A DNA stretch of 43,874 nt from an uncultured Rhodospirillaceae bacterium (GTDB lineage Bacteria; Pseudomonadota; Alphaproteobacteria; MPNO01; UBA830). The position numbers and the translations under genes are program-made. The notes beneath the pieces were generated by a model. The model did not search any database. It saw nothing but the letters and a program-made list of their open reading frames with translations, and was not told the origin of the DNA. The DNA lies in NCBI GenBank assembly GCA_964579285.1, contig CAZOHS010000006.1, positions 1-43,874 on the forward strand, given 5' to 3'. Shown here piece after piece: positions 38,796 through 43,874 of the stretch; the stretch's first letter is position 1; each line of letters starts with the position of its first letter.

Positions 38796-39824
38796 CTATT
38801 CAGCGGCTTCCGCTATTGTTTCAAATGATGCAAGGTGCCCAAGCATCGCTATCGCGTTTTCGGACCGTATTTTATCTCGTTCATCTTCTGTCAAATTTGT
38901 CTCTTCTAGCGCTTTATTGGTCCAATCGCAGCCAAATGCGGTGCCATCTGTCGCATAGAGTAGGCGATCCACACCGTAAAGGGAGGCGGCTAAGTCAATC
39001 GATCGAGCACCGAAAGAGTTACAGTCATACCACAGGTTGGGTTTTTTAAATCGCGTCGACGGCAGGGGTTCGTCTGGTGTGTCCAGCAAGCTGCGATGAT
39101 CCAGTCGTTCAACCTCGAAAGCGATATTTCCACCTAGATTGTGGATGTGAAAATGAACGTTAGGATACTGGTCGAGTAAGTCCGTCATAGTTAAGGTTAC
39201 CGTGCAGGCAGATAAGCTTGCCTGCATATCAAGCGTCCCCATACGACGAACGAAGTTGTCGGTTTTGGGGCTCGTACGCGGCCAGTCATCGCCGGCACGG
39301 GGACCCCAATGTATAAATAATGCCGCATTTTGGTGGTTTGCCTCGGCAAGCAGGGGTTGATAGGCCTCTGTATCCTTTAGGCTCATGAACGCATTTCCGG
39401 GCACGATTGCCCCGATAACTCCTGGGAGTTCCATGGCTCTCCGCAGTTCAGTGGCCGCGGCGTTAATGTCCGCCAACGGAAGGGAAGCATACGCAAGAAA
39501 ACGGCCAGGATTAGCCTTACAGATCGCGGATACACTATCATTAAAAATTTGTACGGCCGGAAGCGATTCATTTATGGGAAGGCGCTCAATCCATTGATGT
39601 GGCCCCCATAACGAAAGCACCCCCATTGCCACACCATGTTCATCCATCTCGTTAAGCCGCACTTCGAGATCGTCAAACATATTTTGAAAAGGCTCTTCGC
39701 CGCGCCGTGTCTTAACGACTTCCTCGCCAACATCATTAACATAAATCATCGGGGGCTCTGTCCGTGCACGATAGATATCGACAAGCTCCGGGGGGCTCCA
39801 GTGAGCGTGCATATCAATTGTCAT
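38796..39824 (-). CDS. Amidohydro_2 family protein (ACMSD-like, divergent)
   Basis: IDMHAHW, RLNEMD..GV...VLS, FND, ASLP, FIH, HNLGG and YATDG motifs. Confidence 0.78.
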   Translation of the reverse strand: MTIDMHAHWSPPELVDIYRARTEPPMIYVNDVGEEVVKTRRGEEPFQNMFDDLEVRLNEMDEHGVAMGVLSLWGPHQWIERLPINESLPAVQIFNDSVSAICKANPGRFLAYASLPLADINAAATELRRAMELPGVIGAIVPGNAFMSLKDTEAYQPLLAEANHQNAALFIHWGPRAGDDWPRTSPKTDNFVRRMGTLDMQASLSACTVTLTMTDLLDQYPNVHFHIHNLGGNIAFEVERLDHRSLLDTPDEPLPSTRFKKPNLWYDCNSFGARSIDLAASLYGVDRLLYATDGTAFGCDWTNKALEETNLTEDERDKIRSENAIAMLGHLASFETIAEAAE

Positions 39825-39973
39825 CGGCTTATTCCTTTGAAAAACTCTCTTGGATCAATTTTGATGCATTCTTCTCACGGATACAATCTACCTTTAACTG
39901 ATTACAGGTCATGGTCTATTACAATCGCGCCAGGTAAACTGAAACATAAGAAACAATAGTCAGGTAGGGAATA

Positions 39974-40897
39974 ATGAAAGCAGTTTTCTTCAATGAACAC
40001 GGCGGCCCCGAAGTGCTGCAATACGGAGATTTTGCCGAACCTGAGGCAACGGAAGGGGAAGTTGTCGCGGAAATTAAGGCGGCTAGTGTAAACGGCGCTG
40101 ACTGGAAGGTACGCCAAGGTAACTACGCGCCCGTTGCGTATTTCCCATACATCTGCGGTCGGGATTTTTCTGGTACTGTTGTCTCAGTAGGTGCAAGCGT
40201 AACCGATTTTGTTATCGGCGACGATGTGTTTGGCGTACTACCGCCGGGCCAGGAGGGTACCTATTGTGAACGCGTGGCCACCAAAGCATCCGTCCTCGCC
40301 AAGAAGCCCGAAGATGTCTCCCATATTGATATTAATGCCCTGGCCCTTATTGGCTTAACGGCCGTTATTTCCATCCAAGACACATTAAAACTCCAGCCAA
40401 GCGAAAAGATATTGATTCAAGGCGGTGCCGGTGGCGTGGCCGGTTTTGCAATTCAATTAGCCAAACACATTGGAGCGCATGTGGTTACGACTGCGAGCAA
40501 AAACAATCACGATTATGTGCGCGAACTGGGTGCAGACGAAATCGTGGACTACAATGCGGTTGATTTCAGCGAAGTAATTAGTGATTGCGACGCGGTATTC
40601 GAAACGGTGGGCGGTGAGGCCGGATTAAAATCTTTCAACGTGTTGAAGCCGGGTGGCCGGGCCGCATTTATCGCATCGGGAACGACAGCCCCAGCGCCAC
40701 CGCGGGATGATGTGCAGTCTTTGCGCCCAAAGGTTGGCCGTGATCGGGTTTATATGGAGCGGGTACTTACCCTATTTCAACAGAGGGCTGTTACCGTTCC
40801 CGAAATCAAATTATTTGACCTTAAAGACGCCGCAGAAGCGCAACGGATTAGCGAAGGACGGCATCTCCGCGGAAAACTTGTCTTCAACATGAGTTAG
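39974..40897 (+). CDS. NADP-dependent MDR oxidoreductase (quinone reductase-like)
   Basis: GGPEVL, ASVN.ADWK.R.G, GRDFSG, GGAGGVAG and GKLV motifs. Confidence 0.9.
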   Translation: MKAVFFNEHGGPEVLQYGDFAEPEATEGEVVAEIKAASVNGADWKVRQGNYAPVAYFPYICGRDFSGTVVSVGASVTDFVIGDDVFGVLPPGQEGTYCERVATKASVLAKKPEDVSHIDINALALIGLTAVISIQDTLKLQPSEKILIQGGAGGVAGFAIQLAKHIGAHVVTTASKNNHDYVRELGADEIVDYNAVDFSEVISDCDAVFETVGGEAGLKSFNVLKPGGRAAFIASGTTAPAPPRDDVQSLRPKVGRDRVYMERVLTLFQQRAVTVPEIKLFDLKDAAEAQRISEGRHLRGKLVFNMS

Positions 40898-40941
40898 AGC
40901 GACCGGCGATCCGTTATGCCGTTGACTGCCCGCCCAAGCAG

Positions 40942-41775
40942 CTAATGCTGATGCATGAACTCCGTCAGTACAGTAGAAATTTCTGCCTCATAGGGGCTCC
41001 AATCGGGATAAGGAATTAAATCTACGTCTTCATCCTTTAGCCCCAAGTCATGAAGTTTGCTTCCAGGAATGAGTTCATGAGCCTTGCGGCCGCTCGCCGA
41101 GGAATGAGTATTGTCATTCCCGGGGATGACAATCGTTGGCATCGTCAGGCTTTTTAACTGTTCATCGGTGATGCCCATAACCGAATAATGGGCGCCCTTT
41201 TCAAATAATTCTTTCCAACGGCTCAATGTCGCGATGAATTCGGCTGCGTCCATCGTTATAAGCTTCTCATAATTTTCGGGGTTTTCTTTTATCCTCTCCC
41301 GCCAATCATCCGTTTCACAGACAGCGGCCATTCCACCCTTTTTGGCCACCTCAATAAATTGGCCGTAATACATTTCGGGCAGTCTCTGAGCCGGCAGTTC
41401 CCCGCCGGTCACCCGAAGCAGCAACAATGCTCGCGTTATATCAGGGTGCCGCAGACCGAAATTTATTGCGGTCCTGGCACCAGAGGACGATCCACCAATG
41501 AACGTGGGGCCGGCACCGAGTTGATCAAGTAGTTGGTGGAGGTCGTCGGCCCAAGTAACCTCTTCAACCTCGCGCGCCTCTAATAAAATATCTGACGCGC
41601 CAGTATTGCGTCTATCATGGAGAAGCACCCGAAAACCGTCGGCCGCCATCCGATCAGCGAGGGGAATAAACTCGTGATAACCGCGACGCCCCCCTGTTAT
41701 CAGCGCCACCCAAGGGCCCTTACTTCCAACTATTTCATAATTAATATTTAAGCCCCGAACAGACTGTGTGGGCAT
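40942..41775 (-). CDS. Alpha/beta hydrolase-fold protein (atypical)
   Basis: INYEIVG, HDRRNTGAS, WADDL, GSSSG nucleophile elbow and PTIVIPGND. Confidence 0.8.
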   Translation of the reverse strand: MPTQSVRGLNINYEIVGSKGPWVALITGGRRGYHEFIPLADRMAADGFRVLLHDRRNTGASDILLEAREVEEVTWADDLHQLLDQLGAGPTFIGGSSSGARTAINFGLRHPDITRALLLLRVTGGELPAQRLPEMYYGQFIEVAKKGGMAAVCETDDWRERIKENPENYEKLITMDAAEFIATLSRWKELFEKGAHYSVMGITDEQLKSLTMPTIVIPGNDNTHSSASGRKAHELIPGSKLHDLGLKDEDVDLIPYPDWSPYEAEISTVLTEFMHQH

Positions 41776-41960
41776 AGTCTTGATCCTCTTAAGCCAAATT
41801 TATTAATTCAAACCCTTTCAAAGGATAATCAGCATAGAAGGTTGTGATCACGATAGTAAAATAAAGTTGTTTTCCCCTTAAAGAACGATCCCCAAGATGC
41901 TGAGAACTTTATTCCGCGACGCAATAATTTGGGTAAATAGTGCGCCTCTTTACGTCGGCC

Positions 41961-41992
41961 AAAACTGAAGGGCCGCCGTTAGGCAGCCCTTC
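41961..41992 (-). terminator. Intrinsic terminator
   Basis: Minus strand GAAGGGCTGCC-TAAC-GGCGGCCCTTC-AGTTTT: an 11-bp stem with one G-U pair that forms only on this strand, followed by a short U tract. Confidence 0.7.
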
Positions 41993-42036
41993 CATTGTCA
42001 AACACAGTCCTTTACGCGGACCATATATATGTCACG

Positions 42037-42114
42037 TCAGGCGAAGCGAACCTCGTCAGAGGCGACAATCCAGATCTGCGCAACATGAGGCTGCGGCAAA
42101 AGACAATGAGACAC
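42037..42114 (-). CDS. Putative 25-aa small ORF MSHCLLPQPHVAQIWIVASDEVRFA (or coding part of an sRNA)
   Basis: GTG start directly after GAAAGGAGGTGATCCA; lies between a sigma70-like promoter and a terminator; below the ORF-track size cutoff. Confidence 0.55.
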   Translation of the reverse strand: MSHCLLPQPHVAQIWIVASDEVRFA

Positions 42115-42130
42115 TGGATCACCTCCTTTC
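42114..42130 (-). promoter_or_regulatory. Extended Shine-Dalgarno GAAAGGAGGTGATCCAG (17-nt complement of the 16S rRNA 3' end)
   Basis: Plus strand CTGGATCACCTCCTTTC equals the conserved end of the 16S rRNA gene. Confidence 0.75.
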
Positions 42131-42151
42131 GATTGTTAAAATAAGATAGTG

Positions 42152-42180
42152 AGTATGGAGTTGGATCCGAATTCAGACAA
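42152..42180 (-). promoter_or_regulatory. Sigma70-like promoter TTGTCT-N17-CATACT
   Basis: -35 at 42180-42175 and -10 at 42157-42152 with an exact 17-nt spacer; predicted start about 42145, roughly 15 nt above the extended SD. Confidence 0.55.
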
Positions 42181-42249
42181 GGGTATTTGAAGAATCAAAA
42201 TAAAATAAGCTTCGAAAATAATATTCAGAGCCAAACTGTAGAGGAAAAT

Positions 42250-42999
42250 ATGTTTGAGAATAAATCGATAATCGTAACTGGCGCAGCAAGTGGAATTGGA
42301 CGCGCTTGCGCAGTGCAACTACTAAAAAATGGTAACCGGGTGGTCGCATCAGACTTAAACGCATCCGATCTCGAGAAGGCATTGGGTGCTCAAACGGATC
42401 ACCTCAAATTCCTGGCTGGTGACGTTTCGAAAACAGCAATCGCTGAGGCTGCCGCAGAACTGGCGCAAGAATCTTTTGGGCGCGTCGACGGCCTTGCCCA
42501 TTTTGCAGCAATTCACTCAAAAATTGACTGGATGGAGACGGATGAGGAAGAGTTTAATCATGTGCTTGCGGTTAATCTGACGGGATCCTTTTTGGTAGCA
42601 AAGGCCGCAGCAAAAGCGATGATAGCTCACGACGTAAAAGGTTCCATAGTGCTCACAGCGTCGGGTAGCACCCTGATAGGAAGTTCCGGTGGACAGGGAA
42701 CGGGTGGCCCCGCCTACGTATCATCCAAAGGTGGCGTACTCGTTCTCATACGAAGCATGGCGCGTGCTTTAGGCCCGCACGGCATACGGATAAACAGTAT
42801 TAGCCCGGGTGTAGTTGAAACGGCAATGACCGCCGAATATACCGCAGAAGCAATGTCTATTGCGGCAGAGCGGGCAGTTCTGAGCCGGATTTCAACTCCG
42901 GAGGAACAGGCTGATGCGGCGATATGGTTGCTTTCTGATAGTTCAGCGTTTGTTACTGGGGAAACAATTAACACAAATGGCGGGCTGGCTTTCGGTTGA
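42250..42999 (+). CDS. Short-chain dehydrogenase/reductase
   Basis: TGAASGIG, S...YVSSK and IRINSISPG. Start set to ATG 42250 after a GAGG RBS. Confidence 0.9.
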   Translation: MFENKSIIVTGAASGIGRACAVQLLKNGNRVVASDLNASDLEKALGAQTDHLKFLAGDVSKTAIAEAAAELAQESFGRVDGLAHFAAIHSKIDWMETDEEEFNHVLAVNLTGSFLVAKAAAKAMIAHDVKGSIVLTASGSTLIGSSGGQGTGGPAYVSSKGGVLVLIRSMARALGPHGIRINSISPGVVETAMTAEYTAEAMSIAAERAVLSRISTPEEQADAAIWLLSDSSAFVTGETINTNGGLAFG

Positions 43000-43098
43000 C
43001 GTTATCAGCTTATCGGACACTCAACCTAGCGATCGGGATAACACTTCGTTTATCCGCTATTTGGGCATTTCTATTATCCAGTTGCTTTCGTAGTACGG

Positions 43099-43874
43099 CT
43101 AATGAGCCTCCATCCATTTGAGAGCTCTTGACACCCAAGGACCATCCTCTTCGCCAGTCGCATAGGAAGCGGAAAAGTGATCTCGACCTGTCATTATTAT
43201 TCGGGTGGCGTCACCGCCTACTTTACATAACGCTTCTTCCATTGCCTCCGCCTGGGTAATGAGATGGGGGAAATCTTCACTGCCGTGGGCCATAAAAAAA
43301 GGAGGTGTTTGAGCGATGTTGTGGATGGGGCTTGCGGCAAATTCAGTCTCACCGTCACCCAAGAACTTCGGCCGCATCGCCATGCCGTTTCCTTCGGTAA
43401 AATCGTAAACCCCCGATACTGGCAAACAACCCCGAATGATGGAATCCGGAATATCTCTTTTAGCCTGCCAATCATTACGAACTGCCAGCAGCGAAGAATA
43501 ATGCCCACCAGCTGAATGGCCACCCACAAAAATTCGATCCGGATTGCCGTTAAATTTATCAACGCGTTGATAAATTGACGACAAAGCGTCGGCAACATCG
43601 TCGACACCTACCGGAAAAATATGCTGCGGGGCCAGACGATAGCCGATGGAAATGAATATGATATTGGCAGCCATAAGAGGCGGCGCCATGAAATTCATAT
43701 GTTCCTTATACCCACTGGTCCAGCCACCACCATGAATAAATGCGAAGACCGTACCATTCGGGTTTTTAGGCACATGTAGGGTCAGCGATTGGTAAGGGTC
43801 GTCGCCATAACTGTGATCCTCACCAGACACACCTTCGCCTCGCATCATGACTTCGGCAGCATATTTTTTGCCTA
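43099..43874 (-). CDS. Alpha/beta hydrolase, HSL/arylformamidase (kynurenine formamidase-like); probably 5'-truncated by the window edge
   Basis: HGGGW, YRLAP, GHSAG, HGSED and DHF. The frame stays open from ATG 43848 to the window end. Confidence 0.85.
   Translation of the reverse strand, partial: GKKYAAEVMMRGEGVSGEDHSYGDDPYQSLTLHVPKNPNGTVFAFIHGGGWTSGYKEHMNFMAPPLMAANIIFISIGYRLAPQHIFPVGVDDVADALSSIYQRVDKFNGNPDRIFVGGHSAGGHYSSLLAVRNDWQAKRDIPDSIIRGCLPVSGVYDFTEGNGMAMRPKFLGDGETEFAASPIHNIAQTPPFFMAHGSEDFPHLITQAEAMEEALCKVGGDATRIIMTGRDHFSASYATGEEDGPWVSRALKWMEAH

Noticed and set aside
42040-42065. CTGACGAG on the minus strand resembling a hammerhead ribozyme core
   Set aside because: No downstream GAAA core or stem II/III arrangement is visible.
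42091-42130. Possible 16S rRNA gene fragment (CTGGATCACCTCCTTTC, with CTGCGGC nearby)
   Set aside because: Only 17 contiguous nt match. The upstream helix-45 sequence (GTAACAAGGTAGCCGTAGGGGAAC-like) is absent and no ITS/tRNA follows. It is better explained as a minus-strand SD element.
41940-42149. 69-aa plus-strand ORF in the intergenic gap
   Set aside because: No clear RBS or motif. The promoter, SD and G-U-containing terminator all favour the minus strand.
43028-43060. Hairpin GGATAA/TTATCC between convergent genes as a terminator
   Set aside because: Short, weak stem with no convincing U tract.
1-43874. Mobile elements, prophage, CRISPR arrays, tRNA genes, defence systems
   Set aside because: No transposase, integrase, phage, Cas or nuclease-type ORFs, no regularly spaced repeats and no tRNA cloverleaf seen by eye; tRNAscan-SE and CRISPR finders could not be run.

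Overview
A gene-dense bacterial chromosome segment of about 43.9 kb with moderate GC. It is most consistent with an alphaproteobacterium, possibly marine (inferred from protein families; not testable here). I see no rRNA, tRNA, CRISPR array, phage gene or mobile element. The left third (1-14.4 kb) is mixed housekeeping: a CMD/AhpD protein, an SDR, six paralogous EamA/DMT transporters around a pterin-4a-carbinolamine dehydratase, a UDG-family protein, an LMW-PTP, an M17 aminopeptidase, a PuuE-like deacetylase, a signal-less NMT1/THI5-type binding protein, a GST and an ABC-F ATPase. The rest (14.5-43.9 kb) is a large cluster of putative aromatic/heterocyclic acid catabolic enzymes. It holds three acyl/aryl-adenylating ligases, five Amidohydro_2 proteins, two UbiD decarboxylases (no UbiX in the window), a flavin monooxygenase, a TauD dioxygenase, a crotonase, SDR/MDR oxidoreductases, an MBL-fold hydrolase, a rhodanese and an XRE regulator. 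It also holds a PyrK-PyrD pair whose orotate-binding motifs are altered. The most unexpected element is absent from the ORF track: an apparent minus-strand transcription unit at about 41,961-42,180. It has a sigma70-like promoter, a 17-nt perfect complement of the 16S rRNA 3' end, a 25-codon ORF and an intrinsic terminator.
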